Program-made: the position numbers and the translations under genes
The notes under the pieces: generated by a model
The model's input: only the letters and a program-made list of their open reading frames with translations
Told to the model about the DNA's origin: nothing
Database searches by the model: none
Part shown: piece by piece, positions 35,656 through 46,405 of the stretch
Numbering within the stretch: position 1 is the first letter of the stretch
How the letters are laid out: every line of letters begins with the position of its first letter
IMG/VR virus record: IMGVR_UViG_3300032218_002590
Location: 1-64,000 of that record
Source of the DNA: a virus
Lineage: Duplodnaviria > Caudoviricetes
Reading direction: 5' to 3' (one strand)
DNA length: 64,000 bases

Positions 35656-36170
35656 AATGGTTTAAAATTTTTATCACGAATAGTATAATTTTGAAATTTA
35701 AATGTTACGTCAGCGGTAAAATATTCTATGTCTCCTACAGTGGAATCAAATTGAATTGGTGTTAAATTAATGGGAAATAATTTTTCGTAATCTACAAAAA
35801 ATGCTGGATTAAAATTTGACGTTAAAATCATTAATTGTCCATTCGAATATTTAACTTCTCCGTCGCCATCAATATGTTGTTCAGAATTTCCGTTTCTTCT
35901 GATCCATTCATGAATGGAATAATAATTTTTTAGATCTTCGTCAATAATAAAGGTGACTTGTAGATCATCAAATGTTACTCCGCCACCAGGAACAATTGGA
36001 AAATTTCTGAACCTAGTGGGAACTTCAGTAACAGGCATACTAAGTCCTGGAAGATTTGCTTTTTGACAAAAGAAATCTACAGAATTAAATAATTCAAATT
36101 TTAATTGAAACCCTACTGGTGCTAGATAATTTCTATTTGTAGGTTGGTTTTTATACCATTCAGCAGCCAT
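35652..36170 (-). CDS. gp3: Tail completion / tube terminator (gp3)
   Basis: NRNYLAPVGF, FFCQKANLPG, FIIDEDLKNY. Confidence 0.9.
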   Translation of the reverse strand: MAAEWYKNQPTNRNYLAPVGFQLKFELFNSVDFFCQKANLPGLSMPVTEVPTRFRNFPIVPGGGVTFDDLQVTFIIDEDLKNYYSIHEWIRRNGNSEQHIDGDGEVKYSNGQLMILTSNFNPAFFVDYEKLFPINLTPIQFDSTVGDIEYFTADVTFKFQNYTIRDKNFKPL

Positions 36171-36205
36171 GTCAACTTCCCAAGCTATTAACTATTTATT
36201 TGCAT

Positions 36206-36232
36206 AAAAAAAGAGCCCCCGAAGGGACTCTT
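36206..36232 (-). terminator. T4-type UUCG intrinsic terminator after gp23
   Basis: AAGAGTCCC-TTCG-GGGGCTCTT-TTTTT. Confidence 0.9.
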
Positions 36233-36250
36233 GAAGAATGTGAGAAGAAC

Positions 36251-37708
36251 TCACATGAGGTTTTGAATACGTACTCTTCTGTAGTACATGTTCTTCGAAG
36301 CAGTGAGTGCCTCAGCATCGGGTACAGGTACTCCGTCGCCATCAACACCGTTGAATACGAATGGGTTAGCAACCATACCGTAACGGGTCTTGAAGCCAAT
36401 CTTAGGCTGGAAGGTCTGAGGATCAATGCTGCGTAGCATCTGGAGGGGAACGTATGGGCAATAGAAGAGACCAGCATCATAAGGTGATGTGCCCTTATAA
36501 CCCATGACGTAGTAATGATCATTCGAAACGTTAGCCGAATAAGGGTCAACGAAGACCTTGATACGACCGTTGATGGTGCCAACCATGAGGTTGCCGGTGT
36601 CATCAACTTGACCGATGGAAGGACCACCAGCACCGTTTAGACCAGAAGTATAATCAAGTACACCAGCCATAGCTAGAGCTGAAGCAACGTCAGCGGAGCA
36701 GATTAGGAAGTTGCCCTTGCCTCTACGAGTTTCCTGAGCGATAGCATTAGCATCACGCTCAACTTGGAATAGAAGTCCTTTGAACTTCTCAACTGACCAA
36801 CGACCGTTGGAATCAACGTCTAGGTCGAATACACCAGCTCTAGCAACGTTGTTCTGAGCACCAGGCTTAGCGATGGTGTACACAGTACGAACAACTTCAC
36901 GGTTGATCTCAGCAAGAATCTCGCTTGAGAGAATGTTTGCTAGCTCTTGCTCAGCGTCAAGACCGTGAACAGCCTTAAGATCCTGAGCTAGCTCTAGAGT
37001 ATACTCTGAACGTAGGGCTCTGGTTCTAGCGGTTACAGCGGACTTCTCGATGCTGAAGCTCATTTCGTTGAACAAGGTCGAACCTGACCCAAGAACTTCT
37101 GCAGTTGCACGAGAAATTTGACCTTGACCGCTAAGTGAAGAAGCACCACCTTCATAAGTACCAGCACCAGCACCAGCGTCATTAAGAAGACCTGGATTTG
37201 AAGCTGTGTATGAAGGATCGTTAGCAACACCAATTGGATCAATTGGATTATTGTAAGCAGCAGGACCCTGAGTGCTAGCCGAGAAGTTGATATCAGGCTC
37301 GTTAAATAGAGCTTCACGACCTTTACGTAGACCAGCAGAACCGTTGTGCTGATAGTGAGCCTTCATAGCGAAGATAAGTCCAGTAGGACCGCTCATTGGC
37401 TGAACGCCACAGATGTCATATGCCATTAGGTTAGGCATTGCACGACGAACTAGGCTGATCATGATAGGATCAAAACCAGCTAGTCCACCAGTTTTGGTGT
37501 CAAGACCTGAACCTGAAAGTGCGTTAGGACCGATAGCACCGATACCGTTAGGTGCTTCGGTTAGCATTGCGTTTTGGCGCATTGCTAATTCTTGGTTTTC
37601 TAGAATTACAGCAGTGACTTCTTTTCTGTACTTATCCGTAATGGCAGGAGCCTCGGAATGATTTAGAACAGGAGCCCACTTCTCTGTAAGATGGGAAGCG
37701 TTGAACAT
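36251..37708 (-). CDS. gp23: Major capsid protein (gp23)
   Basis: CGVQPMSGPTGLIFAM, ELAQDLKAVHGLDAE, FYCPYVPL, GFKTRYG. Confidence 0.99.
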   Translation of the reverse strand: MFNASHLTEKWAPVLNHSEAPAITDKYRKEVTAVILENQELAMRQNAMLTEAPNGIGAIGPNALSGSGLDTKTGGLAGFDPIMISLVRRAMPNLMAYDICGVQPMSGPTGLIFAMKAHYQHNGSAGLRKGREALFNEPDINFSASTQGPAAYNNPIDPIGVANDPSYTASNPGLLNDAGAGAGTYEGGASSLSGQGQISRATAEVLGSGSTLFNEMSFSIEKSAVTARTRALRSEYTLELAQDLKAVHGLDAEQELANILSSEILAEINREVVRTVYTIAKPGAQNNVARAGVFDLDVDSNGRWSVEKFKGLLFQVERDANAIAQETRRGKGNFLICSADVASALAMAGVLDYTSGLNGAGGPSIGQVDDTGNLMVGTINGRIKVFVDPYSANVSNDHYYVMGYKGTSPYDAGLFYCPYVPLQMLRSIDPQTFQPKIGFKTRYGMVANPFVFNGVDGDGVPVPDAEALTASKNMYYRRVRIQNLM

Positions 37709-37764
37709 TTTTACCTCTTGAACGTTTTATCGTTTGTTATTGGTTGATAATATTTATTATATAA

Positions 37765-38916
37765 TTATTTCCAGCGGGAAATAGCATTTAGGTAAGCAGC
37801 CATTGCTGGTGTTACATCTTCGCTAAGCGTTACTGGATTGTCATCACCTACTTCAGAATGTGATACTGATTCAGGGAAATACGATTTGCGAAGCGTCTTT
37901 ACAGACTCAGCAAATCTCTCTGCTGTTTCAAATGTAATTCCTTCAGACAATGAAGCAAGTTTGTCTTTTTGCGTGTCGGCAAGTCCTTCTGAAACTTGGT
38001 TCAGAATTACTACTTTGGTTGACTCGGCAAGACGATTATTTAATTCCACGTTACGCTCAATTTGTTCGTTGAGGCGCTGTTCCATTTCACGAAGCTCGTC
38101 TGCAATTTCCTCGACGACTTCAATCTTGTCTTCGGGGATATTAATATAGTGCTCTTGGAATAAATTCTTGAGCCCTGCAATAAAATCTTCAGTGATTTCA
38201 TTGCGTACACCACGATCAATAGCAACTTGATTTTGCTCGATCCATTGGCCAATACCATACTTGATAGTACCATTAACTTCTTCAGAAAGCTCAGCCTTAA
38301 CAGCTTCTACTTGCTCAACAAGTTTAGTTTCAAAATGCTCTACAAGTTTTGCATGTTCTTCAACAAGCTTGGCTTTTACGGCAGCTTCGAAAATAGTTTT
38401 TGCTTTATCTTTGTACTCTTCGGAAAGATCTTCGCCTTCGGTGAGAGCAGCGACATCACCCGAAAGATCTAACTCTTCGAAAGAAGGCTTGATAGGATAA
38501 CTAACATTAGGACCCATTGAAGTTCCGTAAGCAACTTGAACACCTACGGTTGGGGTTGCATCTCCAGGATTCTTTTGATGAGCTTGCTGAGGATCTCCTG
38601 AAATTTGTGAGATAGGAGCCGAAGCTTTTGCTCCAGGATTCTCTTCGCCTTCTTCGTCATCACTATGAAGAGGACCTGAAGTTGAACCACCTAAATCAAC
38701 TGGAGCTTTTTGTCCAATTGCTACTGTAGGAGGAACAGAAGGAGCGGGATCCTTACCACCAGCCTTAGCTGTTTGTATATCGGAAATTTGTGAAGGCTCA
38801 CTGCCGGAAGCAGGAATCACCGAAGCGGTAACTGTTGGCATGGGATCACCAGCTTCCAAGATAATGTTTTGCTCTTTAACAAGCTCGCCAAATCTTTCGT
38901 TTAACATATCTGACAT
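37765..38916 (-). CDS. gp22: Prohead core scaffold (gp22)
   Basis: KAKTIFEAAV, F..GLKNLFQEHYI.IPE, MAAYL.AISRW. Confidence 0.95.
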   Translation of the reverse strand: MSDMLNERFGELVKEQNIILEAGDPMPTVTASVIPASGSEPSQISDIQTAKAGGKDPAPSVPPTVAIGQKAPVDLGGSTSGPLHSDDEEGEENPGAKASAPISQISGDPQQAHQKNPGDATPTVGVQVAYGTSMGPNVSYPIKPSFEELDLSGDVAALTEGEDLSEEYKDKAKTIFEAAVKAKLVEEHAKLVEHFETKLVEQVEAVKAELSEEVNGTIKYGIGQWIEQNQVAIDRGVRNEITEDFIAGLKNLFQEHYINIPEDKIEVVEEIADELREMEQRLNEQIERNVELNNRLAESTKVVILNQVSEGLADTQKDKLASLSEGITFETAERFAESVKTLRKSYFPESVSHSEVGDDNPVTLSEDVTPAMAAYLNAISRWK

Positions 38917-38967
38917 TTGAGTTTCCTCTGACTTCTTTTACGATTATTCTACGATTATTTATTAAAT

Positions 38968-39615
38968 TTATAGATTTGAAAGGAAATGCTGAAATGCATT
39001 AAGTTTCCTTTCTTCTAAATTTTTCCTAGTAGATTTGGAAATATATCTTTGATAGTTAGTAATTTGCTGTTCACGCAAAATACCATTCTCCCAAACCCAC
39101 TCCTTACCTTCCATAATTCCATTTACAAATGCATCAGGAGCAGAAGGATCTGCTACAATATCTGCGGCAGTGGCGAGCATGAAATCATTACGAACGTAGT
39201 TTGCTCCATTCTTTTCTTCTAGTGTTCCCATACCACGAGAAGAAACACCAAGCTTAACTCCGTTTTCTAAAAGATTCTTTGCAATGTCTCCCATAGGAGT
39301 TGTAAGAATTTGTGCCTTACCAATAAAATTACTTCCTTCAGCTTTGAGGGAAACAATTTTATGTGAGACACGTTCAAGGTTTACAGTAGGACCATCGGGA
39401 TGTCCTAATTCACCGAGAGCACGACCAGCACCAACATAATGCTCATTGTATCTACCAACTTCACGTTCTAAAACGCTAAATGGATATACACGACCATTGC
39501 GATTTTTGATATCTGCTTGAAGAAATACTCCTTCAATATACAGATTTTTTTTGCCATTTGCTTCTTCTTCGAGGATTTTAACATCCTCAAAATTGCCCTC
39601 TGTGATTAGTTTCAT
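38968..39615 (-). CDS. gp21: Prohead protease (gp21)
   Basis: KNRNGRVYP, GELGHP, GVSSRG, DIVADPSAPDA. Confidence 0.97.
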   Translation of the reverse strand: MKLITEGNFEDVKILEEEANGKKNLYIEGVFLQADIKNRNGRVYPFSVLEREVGRYNEHYVGAGRALGELGHPDGPTVNLERVSHKIVSLKAEGSNFIGKAQILTTPMGDIAKNLLENGVKLGVSSRGMGTLEEKNGANYVRNDFMLATAADIVADPSAPDAFVNGIMEGKEWVWENGILREQQITNYQRYISKSTRKNLEERKLNAFQHFLSNL

Positions 39616-39788
39616 TCTTCTGTTTCTAGTGTTTCTACTGGCTCGTTAAAATATGTTGAAGCAACAGTTTGTTTGTACATGCCAATAGCTTCCGCCGCAG
39701 AATTCTGCATTAGATCATGAACAGCATCTAATGCTTCTGCTTTATGTTTGTCTGCAATTAAATTCACGATATCCAAAGTATTAGACAT
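39612..39788 (-). CDS. Small prohead-region protein (58 aa; gp67/68 position)
   Basis: MSNTLDIVNLIADKHKAEALDAVHDLMQNSAAEAIGMYKQTVASTYFNEPVETLETEE*; ATGA overlap with gp21. Confidence 0.8.
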   Translation of the reverse strand: MSNTLDIVNLIADKHKAEALDAVHDLMQNSAAEAIGMYKQTVASTYFNEPVETLETEE

Positions 39789-39812
39789 ATAAATACAAGT
39801 TAATTTATAATA

Positions 39813-41501
39813 TTATTTAGCAGAAGGTTTATTTGACGATGGTTTAGGGGCTAATTTTGCTTTTTCTTTTTCTGCTTCTATTCCTCGTTGATGATCTATT
39901 TCCCCTTGAGCATCTTGAATTTCTGGTGCTAATGCAGAATTTTGACGGTCCATTAAATCAAGAGAAGTTGAATCTGATGCACTAATAGCAATACCATTTT
40001 TAATATCTGTTTTAATTTGTTTATCCATTTCTTTATATTCTTTGTCAGTTTGCATAAGAATCTGACGACGAATATACTCAGTAGAAAAATACTTACCTAC
40101 AAAAGGATCCATATCTATAACTAAAGATATGCGCTCTTTCATTAATTCTGTTTCTTTTAATTCATTGAAATGGTTATCAAATAAGTAATCATATTGGATG
40201 TGCTCCTCCATCTCTTCCCAATCTTCTGGAGTTAAAACACCTTTTAAAATTAACTGAGTTTTTAAAATATCGTGAAATAGCTCAGAAAATCTTTTACGTA
40301 AACGACCAATAAACTTAGCAAACTTAAGTTCATCACGAAGTACTTCTGTGGTCTTGCCAAGATTGAATGCTTTGTTATCATCGGTTAAACGTGATGGTGG
40401 TAGGTTTAAAGAGTTATAAAGTTTTTTGCGAAAATACTCTACGTCTTTTAATTCGCCAAGATTCTGACCACCAGGAAGTGTAGTAATTTCTGTTCCTCTT
40501 CCACCTTCTCTACGTGGTAGCCAAAAATCTTCAAGCATACTCATATGTTTTTTGTCGTCACGAATCTCACCTGTTTGTGAATCGTAAACAAGTTTATTGC
40601 GATAACGTGTCATTACATCACGAAGATATTGTTCGGCTTTTACTTTTGGTAGATTGCCTACATCAATATAAAAAATTCTACGTTCTGGAGCACGAGACAA
40701 TCTGTAGATAACAAGTGAATCTTCAATCATTCTAAGTTGATTGAGTGATTTGATTGCCTTGTGTAGAAAACTAATTACAATTTTTTTGTTGGTGTCTTTT
40801 AAACCAGAATCAGAATAAGCTACTGAATCTGCAGCTATTTTGATTCCTTGATTGTTGGCATAGTTAAAAGCACCTGTGACATTAGGCACTCCAGCAACAC
40901 CAAATCCTTGTGGATTGTAAACATAATATTCTATGTAATTACCCCAATCATATTCTAAAGCAGAACCTTGTTGAGTTTTTTTTGTAGATTCGTCTCTATC
41001 TATTTTTTGACGTATTTTTTTAATTTTTAGAGGATCAATATATCTTAATTCTAAAATTCCTTTTTTTGGATTATCTAAATCAACTACTTTGTGATAATAT
41101 AAACGTCCATCAATATACCAATTTCTAATAATTTGATGGGAATTTTTATCAAATCTTAATAACCTAAGAATTTGATTAAACTCTTGTCTAATTTTATTCT
41201 TGATTGTATCTCCAAGATCCAAATTAGATAATTCAATTTCTATCGGCGGGGTATCTGCATCGGATACAATAAACTCATTCACGATTTCGTCGATGGCAGA
41301 ATCGCATTCTGGATGCAATGCCATACTACGATAACGTTGAATGAGTTCAAATTCGTTTCGTGTTGTTCCTTCAGTATCAACATACGTACCAAAATAACCA
41401 CCTGCTACAGTGGTTACTGAGTCATCTTGATTAGGAGAGATTGGGGATTGACCCTTCAATCCCTCCTTTTTGTTAATCTTAAAACCAAATAATTGACTCA
41501 T
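39813..41501 (-). CDS. gp20: Portal vertex protein (gp20)
   Basis: YRLSRAPERRIFYIDVGNLP, EDFWLPRREGGRGTEI. Confidence 0.99.
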   Translation of the reverse strand: MSQLFGFKINKKEGLKGQSPISPNQDDSVTTVAGGYFGTYVDTEGTTRNEFELIQRYRSMALHPECDSAIDEIVNEFIVSDADTPPIEIELSNLDLGDTIKNKIRQEFNQILRLLRFDKNSHQIIRNWYIDGRLYYHKVVDLDNPKKGILELRYIDPLKIKKIRQKIDRDESTKKTQQGSALEYDWGNYIEYYVYNPQGFGVAGVPNVTGAFNYANNQGIKIAADSVAYSDSGLKDTNKKIVISFLHKAIKSLNQLRMIEDSLVIYRLSRAPERRIFYIDVGNLPKVKAEQYLRDVMTRYRNKLVYDSQTGEIRDDKKHMSMLEDFWLPRREGGRGTEITTLPGGQNLGELKDVEYFRKKLYNSLNLPPSRLTDDNKAFNLGKTTEVLRDELKFAKFIGRLRKRFSELFHDILKTQLILKGVLTPEDWEEMEEHIQYDYLFDNHFNELKETELMKERISLVIDMDPFVGKYFSTEYIRRQILMQTDKEYKEMDKQIKTDIKNGIAISASDSTSLDLMDRQNSALAPEIQDAQGEIDHQRGIEAEKEKAKLAPKPSSNKPSAK

Positions 41502-41538
41502 AACATTATAAAAATGTAACTTATATACTATTTATTAC

Positions 41539-42168
41539 TCAAACGTCAGCGTTAACTTGGCGAGTTGATAGTCCAGCTCTTGATGTAGTTACTGGCTCGG
41601 TGGTCCAATATGAATATTGAAACTCAACTGAAAACTCTTCAATCTGATCATTGCTATCATAACCAAGATCAATTTGAGAAATGTTGGTTGGGAATGCATA
41701 CCATAATTTGTATGATCTCAAAATATTTGAGGACTCTGGAGTAGCACCTTTCTCTAATTGATGAACAAAGATGTGAGCTGCATAGCCATTCGCATCAGTA
41801 GCAGAAGGAACAAAAAGATCTGATGTGTTACCAGCATGACCATTGATATTTTCTGACCATTGCTCCATTATTGAACGAACTTTGAAGTCCTTATCGTTAA
41901 TGAATGTTGGACTCCAAGCGTCAAAAGTTCTGTCTCCAGAAATTTTAACAGTTCTGCCTCTGAAAGGAACTTCGATAACTCCCAAATTGGAAGCAGGAAG
42001 AGCCGCAGATTTGCACATTAGATTGACAAGCTCTTTGTCTGATTCTGCAACACCAGTGCCAAAACTGCCACCGGGGAATACAATATCAACTACGAACATG
42101 TTAGGCTTTACGCCTTGACCGACTCTACTGATAAAGTCGTTTAGTTTACTTGAGTATACTTTTGCCAT
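41539..42168 (-). CDS. gp19: Tail tube protein (gp19)
   Basis: VPFRGRTVKISGDRTF, IEEFSVEFQYSYW. Confidence 0.96.
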   Translation of the reverse strand: MAKVYSSKLNDFISRVGQGVKPNMFVVDIVFPGGSFGTGVAESDKELVNLMCKSAALPASNLGVIEVPFRGRTVKISGDRTFDAWSPTFINDKDFKVRSIMEQWSENINGHAGNTSDLFVPSATDANGYAAHIFVHQLEKGATPESSNILRSYKLWYAFPTNISQIDLGYDSNDQIEEFSVEFQYSYWTTEPVTTSRAGLSTRQVNADV

Positions 42169-42197
42169 TTTGGTTTACCTCGTTGTTGTTTTATAAA

Positions 42198-44708
42198 TTA
42201 ACGACCAACTACTTCACTGAACGATACTCCCGTCTTGGTAGCCGTGAAGGTAATCGTGATATAGTTGATGGAGCGGGTTGGTTTAATAAAAATTTCAGCA
42301 ACGAATTCATTTCGGTCAATAACATCAGGAGTGTTGTTTGTATCATCACAAATCACGAGATAATCTGTAAGACCTCTTCTAGATTGAACTTCGCTCAAAT
42401 AAGAATTGACGGCGCTTGAGAATGAAGATCTAGTACCTTCATCATTTTGTTCAAATAAAACTTGCTTGGAAAGACTACCAACTCTCTTCTCAATATTTAA
42501 GAATAAACGACGAACGTTAATTCTATCAAATGCTGATGGGGAAGAAAGAGCAGTTTTATCTCCAAATAGAGTTGCTCCAGAACCAGGGAAAGAAACAATT
42601 GGGTTGATTCTTGACTGATAAAGTTCATCTCTATCAGCTTTGTTTGGATTATAAGCAAGCTTAATAGCGTTTCTTAATGATCCTTTGTTAACTCCAGCAG
42701 GTGAATACCAATCATCGAGTGTGGCCGAAGTAGCTACACATAGACCAGCAACGTCTCCGTTGCATGGAAGATAACGATACTTATCGTTGAAGCGATCATA
42801 GAAATACTTATAACCACTATCAAAAATTGCATAAGAAGTTGAAGTTAACCCATTAAAGAAATTAATTGTGTTAATTTTTTGTTGGGAAGTAGTTAAAGGA
42901 CTGTTGTTGCCAATTTGATTACCTTTGTGGGGTGATACAAAAGCGATACAATCTTTTCTAGAAGCAGCAATAGAAACAATTTTATTAGCTTTAGCTTTAG
43001 TATCAGTTTCTGTTGCCATTGATCCGCCCATAAGGAGGAAATCAACTTCAGTAGCTTCTGTATCTAAGAACAAATCTAATGCATCGCCAATTTCTGCCGA
43101 GTTATAAACATAATCATCAACGCCACCCGAAAGATCATATGCAGATACCAAAGCTAATTTAAATTTATCACTTGGATCTAACGCAGTTGATTCTAAACCC
43201 CAATCATAGTACGCATTACCAGCACCAATATTATAATTAGTTGCTGGATGAGCACCAGTAAAAATATAGGATGATTGTTGGTTAATTACACTTCTGTAAT
43301 AAATGTCACCACCTTCGCTACTCTTTCCATCGGAAAGTTTTGAAAGATATGTAAATGTTTCAATAATATTATTTTTTGAACCAGAAATAGCACCTGTTGT
43401 ATCAATAACAGCTACGTGTACTTCGTCCCAACCAATTCCTCTGCTTGAAGCATATTCCGAAGTTCCTGGACGAGGACCAACAGCAGATAATTTAATACCT
43501 GTTGTTTGACCCATACCGTATGTAATTTCTGTGTTGGTATACCAATCTTTAACATCAGTAACAGCAATTGCTGTGTTAGTTACCGAAGCTACATGGAAAG
43601 TAACGGCTGGGCCAGTTCCACCAATTAAATTAGCAGCAACAGTAATTGTATTTCCTGTAGCATAACCCGTACCGCCATTAACTACGGCAACGCTAACTGC
43701 TCCACCGTTATTGGTTAGTGTGGCTACTTGGAAAGTAACTGGTGAACCAGTTCCGCCAATTAAATTAGCAGCAACAGTAATTGTATTTCCTGCAACATAA
43801 CCCGTACCGCCATTAACTACGGCAACGCTAACTGCTCCACCAACTCCACCGCCAGCATCAGCAATCGTCACATTAACAGTTAATCCAGAACCAGAACCAC
43901 CAGTAGTAGCCCGTGCATTGTAAGTTCCTGGAGTTCTAGCAATATCTGCAGCACTTATTTGATTTACAGTTGAGACTGTTCCTGGAGCAGTGGCAATAGT
44001 TACCGTAGCAGTTAACCCAGAACCAGAACCGCCAGTAGTAGCAACGCCAGTGTAAGTTCCTGGAGTTCTAGCAGAAGATGTAGCACTTACTGTATTAACA
44101 CCGTTAACTACTCCAGTGTCTGGGGTATCTAAAGTATCTGTAGTTGTAATTAATTGAGAATCATTAGTTAAAAGAATTGTAGCTACATTTTCAACAGAAT
44201 CCCAAGAAATTACTTCTGCGGTTTTCCCGCTAGTAAAAGTTAAAATAGTTCCTTGTACAACACCTGCTGGATCAGCAGCTAATGTTACATACTGATCTGC
44301 TCCTCTATCGATCACGGCAGCTACGACCGAATTGCCCCAAGATCCTGCAGTTCTTGCAATAAAAGTTTCTTGAATAGCAGCACCAGAAAACCAATCTTGA
44401 TCATTTTTAACTAAGTAGCCACCATCGCTACTCGCATTTTCTACGCCAGTAGTAGCACGAACAACTGCTAATCTACCACCGTAGTTTAAGAATTCTGAAG
44501 CTACGTACCAATCTTCTGCGTTAGCATCGTTTGGCTTTCCAAAAATACTTACTAGTTCCTTTTGTGAACTAACATTTACAATCTGTTCAATTGGTCCTTT
44601 TGAAAAAGTACCGGCAAAAGCAGCAGTTATTTGTTGAGCCCCAACCACTACAACATTAGATAGGTCACGCTCTTTTAATACAATTCCAGGCGAGACTTGA
44701 CTTGCCAT
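42198..44708 (-). CDS. gp18: Tail sheath protein (gp18) with inserted duplicated domain
   Basis: VSPGIVLKERD, RINVRRLF, FIKPTRSINYI. Confidence 0.97.
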   Translation of the reverse strand: MASQVSPGIVLKERDLSNVVVVGAQQITAAFAGTFSKGPIEQIVNVSSQKELVSIFGKPNDANAEDWYVASEFLNYGGRLAVVRATTGVENASSDGGYLVKNDQDWFSGAAIQETFIARTAGSWGNSVVAAVIDRGADQYVTLAADPAGVVQGTILTFTSGKTAEVISWDSVENVATILLTNDSQLITTTDTLDTPDTGVVNGVNTVSATSSARTPGTYTGVATTGGSGSGLTATVTIATAPGTVSTVNQISAADIARTPGTYNARATTGGSGSGLTVNVTIADAGGGVGGAVSVAVVNGGTGYVAGNTITVAANLIGGTGSPVTFQVATLTNNGGAVSVAVVNGGTGYATGNTITVAANLIGGTGPAVTFHVASVTNTAIAVTDVKDWYTNTEITYGMGQTTGIKLSAVGPRPGTSEYASSRGIGWDEVHVAVIDTTGAISGSKNNIIETFTYLSKLSDGKSSEGGDIYYRSVINQQSSYIFTGAHPATNYNIGAGNAYYDWGLESTALDPSDKFKLALVSAYDLSGGVDDYVYNSAEIGDALDLFLDTEATEVDFLLMGGSMATETDTKAKANKIVSIAASRKDCIAFVSPHKGNQIGNNSPLTTSQQKINTINFFNGLTSTSYAIFDSGYKYFYDRFNDKYRYLPCNGDVAGLCVATSATLDDWYSPAGVNKGSLRNAIKLAYNPNKADRDELYQSRINPIVSFPGSGATLFGDKTALSSPSAFDRINVRRLFLNIEKRVGSLSKQVLFEQNDEGTRSSFSSAVNSYLSEVQSRRGLTDYLVICDDTNNTPDVIDRNEFVAEIFIKPTRSINYITITFTATKTGVSFSEVVGR
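43595..44073 (-). repeat. Nested direct repeats A1-A2-B1-B2 in gp18
   Basis: A: 43993-44073 and 43861-43941 (offset 132). B: 43730-43841 and 43595-43706 (offset 135, near identical). Confidence 0.9.
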
Positions 44709-44761
44709 GTTTTTTACCTCTTGAAAATTTCATTTTAATCTGAAATTATTTATTAAAATCA

Positions 44762-46405
44762 TTAGTTCCACATATACGAGACCTCTTCTTGTACGTCACC
44801 ATACCAAACACTGCCGTCAGATACAAACCCTTCATCACCCTCTAACCCGGTGGTAATAAATCCAAACGGTGCCATATCTTGCTCAATTTGATTTTTTTGA
44901 TCTTCGTATATTCTTTTACGAACATCGTTATCTGTCATCTCTTTGAAATAATCTTGAACTGCCAACCAAGCAAAAATAACGAGACACATTACAAGGTCAT
45001 CATGGAATCCATCGTCAGCTTCAAACGATTGCTTTTTCTGAATAAATGTGGTAAGCTCATTGATAATATCATAATCTCTAAACAATAATTTGTCATCTTC
45101 AATAATTTGTTTAAGATTTTGGCAACCAACTTTTTTAACAGTGATACTCATCTTGACACCAAGCTGAGTTTTATTTCCAGAGAATCCCTGCCCCACAATT
45201 TGCCCAGCCCTACCTCTCATAGAACACATAAGAACATTAGGATACTCAAGATCATAGTTAAGAATGGATGCTACTTGATCTCCAACGTCATTTACTTCAC
45301 AAAGAACGTAGGCATTATTGTATGCTCTTGCTACGTCGTTAATAACGTTTGGGAAAAGCATTGGTTTAATTTCGTTGTTTCGATACTTAGCAACAATTTT
45401 ATATGGAAGTGTTGTAATATCAAAAACAATAAAAGCAGAATAATCTCCACCTATACCTCGTGAAACGTCAGCAGTAATAATGTATTCCGATTTTTCATTT
45501 GGTTTTTCGTAAATGTCCAAACCTTTGCTAGTACTTATTGGCGTATCAAATACTAGGTTTCTTAATTTAGAAGCAGCAATAAGAGTGTCAACCGATCCAA
45601 GAAATTCGCATTCAAATTCCTGAGTAAACTGTCTTGCTGATGTATTCTTGATTGTTTCTTCTTTCCATTTTTCATCACGACCAGGAACTTCAGACCAATG
45701 AACCTCTGTCCAGATGTAATTGTTTCTTTGGTTTTGAGCATCTACCCACAACTTATAGAAGTGGTTCATACCATAGGGGGTAGAAATAATAATAACTTTT
45801 GTTTTTTGACCAGACGAAATAGTAGGATACACGGACGAGAAAAAGTCGTCAGCAATGTGATTTGGAACGAAAGCAAATTCGTCCAAAAAGATAATGTTAA
45901 ATGACATTCCTCGAACAGCAGATGCTGATGTTGAAGCAGCCATAATCTTAGAACCGTTCTCCAGTTCCATAGAACCTTTGTTCCAGGAGAGAACACCCTG
46001 CTGTAACCACTTAGGAAGATTCTCGTATGCTGTTTGCAATCTTCCTAATAAGTCACGAGCAGTAGAAGCTTTGTTTGCTAGAATACCAATATTAGAACTA
46101 TCATTAAACAAAGCATAATGAAGAAGATAAGAAACCACAACAGTAGATTTGCCTGTCTGTCTTGGTAGTTTGGCAATATTAAATCTATTATTGTGAAATT
46201 TTTTGACAAGTTCTTTCTGAAAATCATACATTTTGAATGGAATCAAGCCCTCGTCAACCTGGACGATCTTGACGTAATTCAAAGCAAAATATACAGGATC
46301 TTCCTTACATTTTAAGTATTCTTTAATTTCTGCTTTAGTCCAATCTTGGGCAACGTTTGCTTTTTTTAGAAGCGGGTTGCCCAAATAAATCTGGTCACTA
46401 CTCAT
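44762..46405 (-). CDS. gp17: Terminase large subunit (gp17)
   Basis: LPRQTGKS, IFLDEFAF, ADVSRG, HDDLVM. Confidence 0.98.
   Translation of the reverse strand: MSSDQIYLGNPLLKKANVAQDWTKAEIKEYLKCKEDPVYFALNYVKIVQVDEGLIPFKMYDFQKELVKKFHNNRFNIAKLPRQTGKSTVVVSYLLHYALFNDSSNIGILANKASTARDLLGRLQTAYENLPKWLQQGVLSWNKGSMELENGSKIMAASTSASAVRGMSFNIIFLDEFAFVPNHIADDFFSSVYPTISSGQKTKVIIISTPYGMNHFYKLWVDAQNQRNNYIWTEVHWSEVPGRDEKWKEETIKNTSARQFTQEFECEFLGSVDTLIAASKLRNLVFDTPISTSKGLDIYEKPNEKSEYIITADVSRGIGGDYSAFIVFDITTLPYKIVAKYRNNEIKPMLFPNVINDVARAYNNAYVLCEVNDVGDQVASILNYDLEYPNVLMCSMRGRAGQIVGQGFSGNKTQLGVKMSITVKKVGCQNLKQIIEDDKLLFRDYDIINELTTFIQKKQSFEADDGFHDDLVMCLVIFAWLAVQDYFKEMTDNDVRKRIYEDQKNQIEQDMAPFGFITTGLEGDEGFVSDGSVWYGDVQEEVSYMWN

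Noticed and set aside
36196-36633. 145-aa alternative-frame ORF at the gp23 3' end, and similar off-frame ORFs in nrdA, gp43 and the vWA gene
   Set aside because: Out-of-frame overlaps of well-conserved genes with no translation signals; this one also runs through the UUCG terminator
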